A stretch of 63,681 nt of DNA, filler included, from Dimargaris cristalligena (taxonomy: Eukaryota): the NCBI GenBank assembly GCA_003614675.1. It is 3 parts of 3 records of this genome, joined end to end, with 100 filler letters (N's around TTAATTAATTAA, not from the genome) between each part and the next. Parts side by side here need not be neighbours in the genome. Positions count along the whole stretch, not along the records: positions 21,319 to 42,475 come from ML002669.1; positions 42,576 to 63,681 come from ML002671.1; 1 more part is not named here. One strand, 5' to 3'. The translations under genes and the position numbers were made by a program. This document shows positions 37,302-49,557 of this stretch, piece after piece; position 1 is the first letter of the stretch; each line of letters starts with the position of its first letter. The notes under the pieces were generated by a model that was given only the letters and a program-made list of their open reading frames with translations, did no database searches and was not told where the DNA came from.

Positions 37302-38430
37302 ATGACCATGTCCGGCCCTGATGAATGGCTAACCCATGTTCGACAATGCCAATACTTACCCGAGCCCGACATCAAGAAGCTGTGCGAAATCGTCAAGGAG
37401 CTCCTCATGGAAGAATCAAACGTGCAGCCCGTCAGCTCGCCCGTTACCGTATGTGGTGATATTCATGGCCAGTTCTGGGACCTGCTCGAACTGTTTCGGG
37501 TGGGTGGCGAACTACCCAATACTAGCTATATCTTTATGGGCGATTTCGTTGACCGTGGTTATTACAGCCTGGAGACTTTCACCCTGCTCATGGTTTTGAA
37601 AGCCAAGTAAGTCAGCCGAGTAATGGTTTTCCCGGAGTTAGTGTACATTGACATTGCCCATTAGTATATCTACACACACGTCCACCGACACACGCAATCC
37701 GGCTATAACCATACCTCCGTGCTAATGCATCTTACACCACCCACCTCAATTCTCTTACACCCGTCACCCCTCCTCATTCGCATCACTCGGTATCAGATAC
37801 CCCGACAAGATTACGTTACTACGAGGTAACCACGAAAGTCGTCAGATTACCCAAGTGTACGGCTTCTACGACGAGTGCCAGCAAAAGTACGGCAACGCCA
37901 ATGTATGGAAGTACTGTTGCCAAGTATTCGATTATTTGACCCTAGCCGCCATTGTGGATGGCCGGGTACTGTGCGTCCACGGCGGTCTGTCCCCGGATTT
38001 CCGTACGCTCGACCATATGCGCACCATCCAGCGCTGCCAAGAAATCCCGCATGAAGGACCGTTTTGCGATCTCATGTGGTCGGACCCGGAAGACGTGGGG
38101 GCCTGGGCCATTAGTCCCCGCGGGGCCGGTTGGCTTTTTGGCGACAAGGTGACCAACGAATTCAACTACATCAACAACCTGACTCTCATTGCACGGGCCC
38201 ATCAACTCGTTCAGGAAGGTTTTAAGTTCATGTTCCCTGACAATAATCTCATCACCGTCTGGTCGGCCCCCAACTACTGCTACCGCTGTGGTAACGTGGC
38301 TTCCATCATGCACATTGACGAATCCCTCGATATTGACGACCAGAGTTTCAAAATCTTTCAAGCTGTGCCCGATAGCGAACGAACGGTACCCAACAAGCTC
38401 CCCGGTAGCAGCATCCACTATTTCCTGTAA
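37302..38430 (+). CDS. SIT4: Ser/Thr protein phosphatase PP6 catalytic subunit (Sit4/Ppe1); exons 37302-37606 and 37797-38430
   Basis: [43 protein letters not shown] and C-terminal YFL. GT-AG intron 37607-37796 gives a 312-aa frame. Confidence 0.93.
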
Positions 38431-38668
38431 CCATCGAATTACATCTCTGCCTCCTTTTTTTATATTTGATTTTAGTATTATTATTGCCATATTTCTTTCT
38501 AAACATTCCACCACTGGACCTCCGTTTATGGATGGCTGGGCTGAGTTATATTTTCTTTTGATTCACTTATTCTACCATACTTTTCATTATATTCACTTTT
38601 ATTTGGATCCGTGCTTCCCTGCCCCCCTTATATCCTCCTCCTTCATTCTCACACTTGGCCGTATTAAC

Positions 38669-38671
<3 letters not shown>

Positions 38672-38702
<31 letters not shown>
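38672..38702. repeat. (AT)n microsatellite downstream of SIT4
   Basis: Pure AT run. Confidence 0.9.
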
Positions 38703-38704
<2 letters not shown>

Positions 38705-38989
38705 CTACTCGCTGGTTTAGACATGGTGTTTTTGTAGTATGCCCTCCAATCACATTTCCCATTTTCTCCCTTGAAAAAAAAAACACGATCTTTGACGCGA
38801 TTAACTGTAATTTCTAAACCTCTTTTACCATACTGCTTATTGAAGTCTATTCGCTTTAACCCTGGTCAACTCGCTATTGCATGACATAAACCCGCCCTAA
38901 CCAGTTTAATTGGAATACGATGGTGTAAGTTACTCGGAGTACGCTACCTATTATGTATCATTTTGAGGTCGAAATGTTAATAAATCACA

Positions 38990-39127
38990 TGGGAGAAGTT
39001 CATTCAGGCTGTATAACGAAAAATCCATTGGATGCGGCCAATATTACTGGTTAAAAGATATTCTCACATATTCACCAATACACGAATTATGTAAAACCTT
39101 ATACAGCTGGTTTGAATTTATTCCACA
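38990..39127 (+). mobile_element. MITE-like element, copy 4 (138 bp)
   Basis: TGGGAGAAGTTCATTCAGGCTGTATAA...TTATACAGCTGGTTTGAATTTATTCCACA; imperfect ~27-bp TIRs. Confidence 0.8.
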
Positions 39128-40065
39128 TGAACAACTATAGGATACAGTTCCGTCATGTAGAACTATTATTTGGAATAAGGTATCTCTCTACATTCATCAT
39201 TGATGGGAAAAAGCGTCTATTTTTGTGTTTTGTTTAAGAGGGGGAAAGGCCCCGTAAGGGACCCCATCCAGAAATTACCGGCTAACTCCGAGGAGTTATC
39301 CAGTGGGACTTTGGATAAAGTTTTCAATCAGCAAAAATCCGATCTCGGTTTACACCTCATCGATGCGGATCTTGCCCTTGCACAAGGATGGGGAATAAGG
39401 ATGGAGGCCAGGACGGTTGTCTAAATATCACTGGCCCAACCATAGGGACCTGATCCCAGTTCTTGTGGGATGGAGGCCAATTACCTACAGCCAATTAATT
39501 GTTTGGCCACCTCCCTTCCCTTTCCCATAATGGCGTGTACACGAAAAGTGATCGCCCCTGATTGACTAGCCTGGTCGGCTCTCTCCATTCCAAAATGGAC
39601 GATAGCCTCCTTTTCCCTACACCCCCACACGGGCGATTACAGGGAAATAGGGTGGTGGTCACCGCTCATAAGGGGCACCTTCCAGGCCTACAATCCATAG
39701 TAGACATACACCACCTACGATTATGCAACGGTTTAGCATCTTGTGACGGTTGCCCAGACTGCAAGCGAGAGGCCTATATTATAGATAAATATAGACCGAT
39801 ATAATAAGGCTTTTCTTAAGCATAGTCAACCCCCTATACCTTGGCTCCTATTACTTTACTGCGGAGCGGTATCTATCAAGTGGCTATTTAATGAAGTAAT
39901 AACTACTGAACTGGGTTACATGTATAGATATATATATTGATTTATTGGGTAATGCAAGATTGAGAGATGGTAGAAATGCAGTGGGTTATGCATAAAGAAC
40001 GCGTAGATATAAGGAACTAAGGGGATATCACTATGGTATAGCGGGGTATGTCTAAGAAAGAGTTA

Positions 40066-41259
40066 TTACGAGAAGCTCACGTATTGGCCACTCTGGCCAC
40101 AGGAGGTCTGAGGTGGGGTCTGGAAAGTGACCCACTGGTCGTATACGCACTGCATCCACCTTGAAGAGCCGTCGCACTTCATCTCGCCGGTCTGACAAGT
40201 AGATTTGGCAAGGTCTGAGGGAGTGACCGCGAGCTCAACCACCGAAAGGGGTTTCTCGCGGTAATCGTCCATAGCGGAGGGGTTGTTGGCTGGGGATGGG
40301 GGGATAATAGCGGCCATTGGTGGGGGGGCCTCCTTGGAAGGAGCATAGATGGGGGCGGACACTTCGATAGCTGCCGAGGGCGTAACCGCCAAGTTCACGC
40401 TGGCGGCCAGTTGCGAAGAGGAGGTGGGAGTGACGGCCGGGACTGGCCAATATGGGGCCATGGTAGGAGTGGCCACGGGTAAGAGAAGCGAGGGAGTGGG
40501 GTCAGGTTTGGACTTCTGGCCCATCCCCTTGGAGCGGCTCTTCGTACCCTCCTTCGCATACAATTCGGTATCATCCTCTGCCCCGCTTTCAGCCTCTTCG
40601 ACGGCGGGCCCCTCGGGACCAACCGAAATGAGGGCGGCCCGCTCGTACAGTTCCGCCTTGGTATCCCCGGAGTAGAAGAATTCGGGCACCACGGGGGTAT
40701 CCGGTCCGTAATTAGCCACGACCATTTGCGGGCCGGTGACTCGACCCCCTACCTGCCCCCCCGTGATGGCAATATCCGCACAGTTCATGTAAAACTCGCG
40801 ATTGCCGATGGCGTTAATCCATGACCAGGCGAAGACCACGCGGTTCGAGGGCGGGGCGTTTTCGGGGATGGGCACATTAAACGTGAGGCCCTCGCGGAAA
40901 CAGCGGTTCATGATGGATTGCAATACCACAAACGTCCGTCCCCCGTCGTAGGAAAGCGAAAATTGGCAGTGGCCGCCGCCGTGCGCCGCCCCGCCGGCCA
41001 TGAATTCGACCGGAATAGCGGAGCCGGCCTCGTAGGTGGCGACGGGTTTATCATAGGGGGTTTGGTATTTACACCAGGGCTGGTTGATTTGGGTGGGTAT
41101 GCCAATGGGGGATTTGATACTGTAGTCGACGGTCTGGCCCGCCGGGGGCTTGGGACAGTTGGGATTGCTGGAGTAGCGTGGGCAGGGCTTGACCATGGCC
41201 ATGTGAGCAGTCACGAGACCCGAGGATAAGAGGGAAATGAGGGCAGCCGGGAGAAGCAT
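40066..41259 (-). CDS. Second secreted AA11-type LPMO paralog with Pro/Ala linker and C-terminal CBM19-like module
   Basis: MLLPAALISLLSSGLVTA-HMAMVKPCPR, AAHGGGHCQFSLSYDGG, WSWINAIGNREFYMNCADI, and C-terminal CQTGEMKCDGSSRWMQCVYDQW...C. Confidence 0.87.
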   Translation of the reverse strand: MLLPAALISLLSSGLVTAHMAMVKPCPRYSSNPNCPKPPAGQTVDYSIKSPIGIPTQINQPWCKYQTPYDKPVATYEAGSAIPVEFMAGGAAHGGGHCQFSLSYDGGRTFVVLQSIMNRCFREGLTFNVPIPENAPPSNRVVFAWSWINAIGNREFYMNCADIAITGGQVGGRVTGPQMVVANYGPDTPVVPEFFYSGDTKAELYERAALISVGPEGPAVEEAESGAEDDTELYAKEGTKSRSKGMGQKSKPDPTPSLLLPVATPTMAPYWPVPAVTPTSSSQLAASVNLAVTPSAAIEVSAPIYAPSKEAPPPMAAIIPPSPANNPSAMDDYREKPLSVVELAVTPSDLAKSTCQTGEMKCDGSSRWMQCVYDQWVTFQTPPQTSCGQSGQYVSFS

Positions 41260-42475
41260 GTTTGACGTATATGTGTATTTTTTATAATGGGGCTGTCCGG
41301 GGAAAATATCAAGAATTGGCCTAGGGAGCTCAATGGGAATTTGGAATTTGGATAAAGGTGACTATTACTGTGAAATTAAATCGGGTTGGTTTTCGGAGAA
41401 GGAACGCAATTGAAGGTGAAGTATAAAAAAAGCTGGTATCGGTTCAGATGGTGATAATGGTAGAAGATGTAATTGATACCCAATAACGGGACGCCTTCCA
41501 AGCTTTTTATACCCTAACAAGCAACATTAGCGTAATTAAACATGTATTATGGACGCGTTGGTTATAAGCACATTGATCCACGCCCCTCCTGGATATAAGC
41601 CCGCCCGCCTACGAAAAGTCAAGTCGCGAACCTCCGGAACCAAAAATAGTTCGTCATAACAAACCCTCTACAGTCTCGGTCTTTTTCCGCTGACTGGCGA
41701 ATTCAGTGCCACCCACCACTAGGAACAGTAGTCTAGTCGCCCCTTAATTTAGCGCGTAACAAGGCCCTCCCAGGGCGGATGGATTGAATGAGTGAATGAG
41801 TCTGGTTGAACACGAGGTATGAGGACGAAGGGGAGGAGGGGGAATGGGGCTGGTTTACTTGACCAAGGGGGATCTAAACTAGGGCACCATGCTGGAAACG
41901 GGAGGAAAGGGTAAATGAGTTCAGTACCGGTGCTCCGGAATGTAAATATAGCCTCCATCCGGAAGGAGGCCAAGACTATGACGGAATACGGTATTTTCGA
42001 CACATACTACATCCATCACCACCTACCCTGTCTTACACCATGCCGCCCCGTATGAATTATATGATATAGGAGTGTGGCCCTGGTTGTCAACAAGTTATTA
42101 ATGACAGTTGCCCCTGCGGAAACGCTTACCAGCTCTGTAGCAGAATAAAATTCCGACCTCGCAGACCCCGACTGTATATACCCGGCAGGACTTGAATCTT
42201 CCCAAATATGTTTACATTCCGTAAAGGCCTACCAACTGGTTGGTATAGCTTAAATAGAGGACCGTTTTAAAAGTGCAGCTAAGTGGTTGTCTCACCAAGG
42301 GTTAATTTCATTCGGGGTATAATACCACTCCGTTGGGCTGGTCCCCGAGAAAAAAAATGGAAGCTATAATATCAAACCTAATAGTCCTAATGAAAAAAAA
42401 AATCACACCCCCCAAAATTTTAAAAAGTTGTAGCACCAACTATTCCCAAGTGGTCACCCACCTCAGTACTAAATT

Positions 42476-42575
42476 NNNNNNNNNNNNNNNNNNNNNNNNN
42501 NNNNNNNNNNNNNNNNNNNTTAATTAATTAANNNNNNNNNNNNNNNNNNNNNNNNNNNNNNNNNNNNNNNNNNNN
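42476..42575. other. Artificial contig-join linker
   Basis: 44 N + TTAATTAATTAA + 44 N. Confidence 0.97.
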
Positions 42576-42627
42576 TTTGCCTCATCAAATGGATTTTTCG
42601 TTATACAGCCTTGCTGAACTACTCCCA
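42576..42627 (-). mobile_element. MITE-like element, partial copy 5 at contig end
   Basis: Reverse complement reads TA|TGGGAGTAGTTCAGCAAGGCTGTATAACGAAAAATCCATTTGATGAGGCAAA, matching the left half of the copies at 38990 and 58490. Confidence 0.8.
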
Positions 42628-44084
42628 TATGGTATTGCCTTATTTAGGCTACCTCGTTTTACATGTTGTACCGAACCGGAGGGTGGCAAAGACGGGCGAT
42701 TATTGTCGATGAGACCAAGGGCATGGCGACTCTTTATTACCTCACAGTTCCTTTCTGAGGCTTTCTATACGATGGCAAGTAATTGTCTGAGCTCTGGCAA
42801 TTCTATTGAATAATTTATCCTACGTATATTTATATTCACCTCATCGCTCTTATTGAGTGTACACATGGAAAGGAGTGATAGAATATCCATTAAGCTATCC
42901 GATGTTAGTTCAAACTGCAAGCTACGCAAGGATCTATAGAACATCATAATAAAGTATGGTAAACTGTGGGCTGGCAATTATCCTATTTTTTCTATTGTAT
43001 TACGCCCTTTAATCCCAAATATAGCACCCATAAGTAGGCATTTGTGCGAATGTGTTCCAATAGTGTCGTAGCCTCTACCGGCAATTTACTGATATATACA
43101 GGTTAGCACACCTTGTTATCATTCACATAACGTTATTCGTATTTAATCTATACCACTTGATTACCCAGGATGCTCTAGGGTCAATTTAATCCCCTGACAG
43201 CACTATTCACCAGTCACAATATTTTTATAGGAATGTTAAATGGGGTCGCAATGACGAGGGAGGGGGAAAGGGGATAGATATTAAATGGGACATGGTATGT
43301 CATGAATAATGCGAGCAAAAAATGGGGTGCCAAATCAAAATATTAAGGTCCCTTTAAATAACAAATCGCCAGTATACTAGATAAAAAAGCGGTTAGAATG
43401 TGAAAGTTCGGGTTTAAAAATCACAGCAGTAAGAAATGAGCGAAGTGTGGCACCTGGAGCATAGGAACTCCGGTATATTTTATCTACGGGACCCAAATAA
43501 GGGCGGTGGTGGTGGTGTAGTCGAAGGTAATAATATAAATTATATTTAAGGTAATTTTACAAGACATGGGCCAAAGGGAAATGAGAGGGGAGGATAAATA
43601 TTAGCCCGATCGGGGGGCGACATTACCAATGTGATTACGCAAACAATAAAGCCAGTCGGGGGAGCGGGACAAAAGAATAAAAAAATATATAAAGGAATAG
43701 GAGAGTGTGGCGACTAAATCAAATAGAAGAAATACTGCTATGGCATAATAGTAATGGACACCATGTGGGCAATTCTACTATTGGAATGCTACGAAGCTCC
43801 TCAGTGGGAAGTGAAATAAGGCCATTTCGTCTGTGGCCATAATAGACCAATTGGACAGAGAGACGAGCACTGTGGCCACTTTTGAATAAATATAAAAGTA
43901 ACGAGATTAGGATAAATAGAGCTGGGGTAGATCGATGGAGAAGTTGTTAAGAAGTGGTACAATTCGGTGGTGTCAATATATGGCACAGTGCAAAAAAGCA
44001 AAAAGGAAATAAAATAAAATAATAGAGTCCTAATTATTCAAAGGGATGTAAAAACGTGGAAGCAGCCGTTGCCGCTGGGTCTTG

Positions 44085-46634
44085 TCACGGCAGTTGAAAA
44101 TCGGACATATTCATAGCCACACCCCCACCCCCGTTAGGATCCATACTATTCGTTACCATAATGGTGAATTTCTCTTCGAGCCGACCTGGAACTATGTCCT
44201 TTTCGCAGTACTGCACGTTCACTTTCAGTTCGAAACTCTGGGCGTCCATCCCTGGAACGCCCGACAAGACGTTATCAGCCCAGTTGAGCCATGGCGGTAA
44301 GCCCGGGGATGAGAAAATGACTTTAGGGTGCTGTATTTGGGGGTCCCACACTTTGGGGGCCCATTCAAAGTGGGAGCCGATCCGGATCGCCTTGGGGGGA
44401 GCCGGGGTAATACGCCGGCTGAACTGCCAGAAAGTCCAGACGCCCGTCGGAAGTTTCTTGGCTTCCACGTTCCACACGTGATTGCCCTTGGATTTTGACT
44501 TATTCCCGTCGTCGTTGAAGCGGCTAATGTGGCGCTGGCCCCAGAGGTACTGCTTTACTTTACGGATACCGATTTCCTCTTCGGACAACCCGTGTCGACG
44601 CAATTCTTCCTGGAAGGCATTGGTGAAGGCCTGGATGCGGAACCGGAACGGCCGGTAATCCGGAGTTTGTTCGAGCTTCTGCATCTTTTTGGCCATAAGG
44701 GTCTGGTGGATGGTTTCGCCCTTGGCGTCCGTTGCATTTAGGTCCGAACAGATACGCTGTAGAAAATTGAAAAAGATTTCGTCGACGCGTTGGACTTGCT
44801 CGGGGGAGAGTGCTGATTGAGTTTGGTTCTGACTACTATTCAAATGGTGATTGGGTGTGTGGTTTCGAGCGGCCACGGCGGTGACCGGTGAAGAGGTATT
44901 TTGGTTGGCCACCCCCAGATGGCTAACCATCGCTCCACCGCTGTGGCCACTGGTGTTCTTGGTAGTAGTACTCACCCCGGGAACAGACGACGGGGCCGCG
45001 GCTGAGCTCGAGAGACTGCCCTTCATTGATGCATGGGTGATTTGCTGTTGACGGGGCACGGGGCCAGGCATCATACTGGCTAGAGCAGCGGCGGAACTGT
45101 TGTTATTAACCATGCCGGCACCACCCAGCATAGCATTCTTATTAGAGCCGCCACCAGGCTGCTGTTCTAAATGGAGGGTGGATTTGGAGTAACCGGATAG
45201 GTTCGCGTAGTTATTATGAACCAGGCCGCTGGTATTATTGGCTAAAGTAAGGTGAGTGGGGGGGTTGGTAGAATCGGACGTGAGGGAAGTATGGTGGTGG
45301 TTGGACGAGGGCTGATGATGGTGTTGCTGGTGGTGGTGTTGCTGGTGGCCGGGGTGACCAACGGTGCTGGCGGAGGTTGCTGCTGCTACCGACACGGCGG
45401 CAGCCATAGCAGCCTGGTGGTTGCGGGCATGGGGGTTCCGGTTAGAGGCGGCGGGGTGGTGCTGGAGCTGCTGTTGATGCGGATGTTGATGATGATCCCC
45501 CCGTTCTGGTTGGTAGGGAATGAATGTATTGCTAGGTGCTGGGGAGTGATGGGAATGACCACCGCTGTGCGACTGCCGCTGCTGGGACTCGGCGGCTGCA
45601 GCGGCTGCTATAGCCACAGGTAAGATGGGGACGAAACTGGAACCCGGTGTGCGAGAGCCTGGATTAGGGGCAGCGTTAACTCCGCCACCGCCGTTGGTGG
45701 ATGAAGACAGGGCGTGGCTAGGGGTGGCAGTGGTGGGGGTGGTGGTTGCCGTTGATGAAGCCGAGGAGGAACTGTATTCCGATGGACCAGAGCCTTCGCC
45801 CCCGCTTAACAGAGCAATGTCATGAAGATGGCTGGCAGCTGGAGAGGGGTTAGCCTGTACAGCAGGCCCTTTGGAGGAATCGGGTAAGGGACTAGGTAGA
45901 CTAATGTGGTTCTGGGCGGGTGAAGGCCGAGACTTTTTATGTGAAGGGGCACTACCGTCTGATACTTCGGCCGGCACGTCTGGCTTACGTTTGGCAGACC
46001 ATTGGCGGGTTTCGGGGGTGGTTGAGGGAGTGGGGCATCCGGTCAGTTGATTGGCCTACACATGTGAGGTGGTATAGATAGAGTGGGGATAGAAAAAGGC
46101 AGGTGAGTAAATGGGTATCGAGATACCCCTTTGAAAGGGGGACAGGACCACGAGGCGCCCTCGGGCAAGAGGGGCCCGTCATGCCATTTATATTTAAAGT
46201 CGGGCGATGGGGGCGGGGAAGCTGCAGCTAATTGTCAATTTATCGATCCAGCATTAGTTGGCAATGTTTAATAACCCGGACTTCTACCTACCATCGATTC
46301 GCAGTGTTCCTTGAATACCTGCAACGTGTTGATGGCCCGCTGGATCTCGTCCAGTTTCTCGAACGCATCGATCTCTAGTCCATTGACATAGTGATCACGG
46401 GCTTCCTGGGCCCGGATGATTATGCTGGAAAACCATTTATAGGTAGGTGGGAATGGCATAGAGGAGTGGGTCACATGGGTCAGTTAACCAGGGTCTAGGC
46501 AAATAAAAGGATCGGGTGGCCAGACTGTTGGCTATATAGATAAGTATATATATATATATATAAGAAAGAGAGCCAGAATGTAGAGGATGCTAACAGCCAA
46601 CTTACCAGTCGAAGAGTGTGACGATATTCAACAT
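44085..46634 (-). CDS. Uncharacterised protein (~710 aa) with His/Gln/Ala-rich middle and globular C-terminal domain; exons 46634-46606, 46424-46292, 46055-44085
   Basis: Two phase-consistent GT-AG introns join MLNIVTLFDC-IIIRAQEARDHY...ESM-ANQLTG to the 630-aa ORF. The C-terminus has RVDEIFFNFLQRICSDL...RPFRFRIQAFTNAF...SRFNDDGNKSKSKGNHVW followed by an Ig-like stretch (LPPWLNWADNVLSGVP). Confidence 0.8.
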
Positions 46635-49557
46635 GGATGGAATGTATAGACCGGGGGGCGTGATTGGGTTATTCCAGGGATGGGGTGGGAGGAGCTGGCA
46701 ATGGCAGTGTGAAAATCAATGAATGGAGGCTATGCAGGTAAACAAGGGTCCGTTCGAGACTTCGATAAATGCGGCGGGTACCCGTGATGGTGCCTGGTGG
46801 GCACGTATGGGGCAGGGGCCGGGGTTCCAAGCGGATTCCACTACCGGGGAATATACGATGATGATTCAAATATCCAATACTATACATAGTGTTAGTATCC
46901 CATATCAGTAGCGGCCGTGATTTATAATTATCGTATCCGTCAAACCCAACTCTGGGGTTGGGGCACTCAGGCCAGGGACGAATAGCTCAGGGAAGGGGAG
47001 GTGGGTTGTGATATATGGTACACCTAGGTCAAATGGACTATGGGGGGTTCCCCTATGCCGCTTCCACTTCACGCCCTGGGCCGGTCTCCGCACCTGAATG
47101 GCACCGGGGGTCGTCTTACTCGGGCCACTCTACCTAACCCTCCTTCTTTTATTCGTTTTGACAACCCCGGACCGGGTGCCTGTACCGGTGTAGGCCGGTT
47201 GGGTGTGGAGACGTGTTACCGACCACCACCAGACAGCAGCGTAATGTATATTTATATATATACGAAGCGTCTTCCGATGTGGTGGAGGCGACACGAAGGG
47301 ACGGGTGACATGGGTCGGAGGCACACGAGAGAGAAAGGGGGAACTAGAGCGCATGGACAAGTTAAGATTGAAACATACCTGGAGGGTGTATGTGTGTGGA
47401 TAGAGATAGTCGAGGGGAGGGTTGCCAAAAATGTCGAGAATAAAAGGGCCAACACGAGTGAGCTAGAAAACGACAAGGAAAAACAAGGTGGAAAGGGAGA
47501 CAAGGAAGAGGGCGAGACCAGCAAAAAGGGGAGGGAGGGGAGAGGAGAAGTAGGGGGGAGAGAAACAAGGACTGATATAAAGGCCTACCCACTCATACCG
47601 TCTCTCTCTCCATAACCAGCATCACGGGTTGGGCGGAGTAAAGCCGGCCTTAGCCAATCAGAGGGGCGCACCAGGTGGTACTGAGGAGCGTGATAGGTAG
47701 TGGTGGAAAAAAGAGAGGGTGGGGTGGGGGGTTCTGGCAATGCGCCCTTTTCCCCCATCACACCGTTCGCCCAAAAAGGAAATGGAGAAAGGGCGGCTTG
47801 GGTTCCCCAATGGCCCACCACCACCCAACAATATAGGCGAGTGCATATATTCACTTCGGGATATATATATGCATACAATGCATACATATATGTATGCGCA
47901 TATACCCATCGCGACAATCGGCTCATAAATGGAGGGGAGGGTGAATAAAGGTGGTAGTGGAAATGGCGTAAGAGAGGGTGGGCAGGAAGGGAGGGAGGGA
48001 AGGGAGATTGGCACTAACAGGGAAAATATACCATTGCGTGTGCTGATTGGATCAGCTGACCCCTGTGGCCCCCCTCCCTCCCTCCCCTCCCCTTCCACAG
48101 CCACTCGCATTCACTCATTCACATTCATGCCACACACCCAAATAGCCGCTAAAATGAAGTCCGCACCCCCTCTTCCATATCCTCCCCTCCCTAAAACGCC
48201 AGTTGATAGGAAATATCAGGCCAAATGCAGGTCGAAATTAGAGCCAGAATTATAATACCGATTAAGCCTAGACGGTGGAGGGCAAAAAGTGGAGAGTGAA
48301 AAAGAAAGAGAAAGTAGTAAGGGTAATGCCCCCCTTCTTGCAGCGAGGTAGGTGGCGTTGTGACGAGGGAACCCGGCATGTATGGCAGACCGTTTCGACT
48401 TCAGCCTCACACGGTGGCTCGATTCCAGGATTCCATGGCGGCGTGCTCATAAATGATGAAAAACTGACCCAGCATGAATAAACATATCGCATGTTCGCCA
48501 TTTAGTTAGACAGGCCAGTCGACCAGGAATATTTTGAACTGAAGTGAGAAAGAAAGGCCCCGTTTCTCTGCAACCAGCAAGCCATTATGGTACACCCCTT
48601 CGTTGGCCAATTTCACTAGAGCCTTTCTATTAGCCTAGAGCTTATATAGGGTAAATGGGGGGGGGGATTGGCTGGACAGTATGAGGGAGGACAGCTGTCG
48701 TCGGATCGTCCCAGGTAGGGAAAGGGGGGGAGGAGGAATCATAGGCCCTCTTCATGGAGCATTTAGCCGAATCGGAGTGGAGGATGACTATTGCAGTTTA
48801 TCGCCCTCCCCATTATTTCGAAGCCAGCGGGATCTTCTTACACACCACCCCTAGAGCCGTTTGCTGGATGGTAGAGTCCACCAATAGCCGAGACTTCGGT
48901 AGAGGCTCTAAAAAGGCAGGTTTTGTTTATTTATTTTACCATTATTCCAACCAATAATACCAATACCGCTTCGTCAAGCCCACCACCACCCCTCGCGTTA
49001 TTGTTGCTGGCCCTACTCGCGGGAGGACCTTTGGAGAGCCACTTCCTATCTTTCAGGTGGAAACCCTCTCTTCTATCCAGCCCTAGACTCCCAGTTGCTA
49101 GAAGAACCACCCGATCCACTTGCTTCTCCTCCTGTCGATGCTTTCGTTTGAATATTGTATAGTATAACCCCTACTGCCATTGATTCCTCTGTTTGTAACA
49201 TTTCGCATTCCTATTGTTCTTTTCTCCCTTCCTATACCCCTCCCCTTTCCTCTGCCCAATCACTTTCCTCGACCCCCACCCACAGTGGCCGTTAGGCGAT
49301 CCTTGCTCGCGCGCCTTTACGAGCCATGACTGCCCCCAGCGACACAGTCGCTCTTCCACCTGACTCTCCGATATGTCTAGGTAGGCCCCATTGCTTAGGC
49401 CACTGTCAACGCATATATACACCACCAAGTATATAGCATATAGGGTCCACCACCAGTCTCCCGCTACTACAGGCATATCCCACTTTGCGCTCTATTCACC
49501 TATTATTCCACGTTTACTATTCCTTCACAAGCAGACGACGCCCTACCCCCGCCCCCC

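Noticed and set aside
39200-39800. GC-richer patch that might be a decayed gene on the minus strand
   Set aside because: Multiple stops and no identifiable family; it would need TBLASTX support.
48400-48475. tRNA T-loop-like GGCTCGATTCC and C/D-box-like ATGATGA...CTGA
   Set aside because: No cloverleaf stems, and the C and D boxes are only ~5 nt apart.
48923-49162. Hydrophobic LALLLLALLAGGPLES resembling the peptide gene's signal region
   Set aside because: No ATG start or gene context; likely chance in a promoter region.
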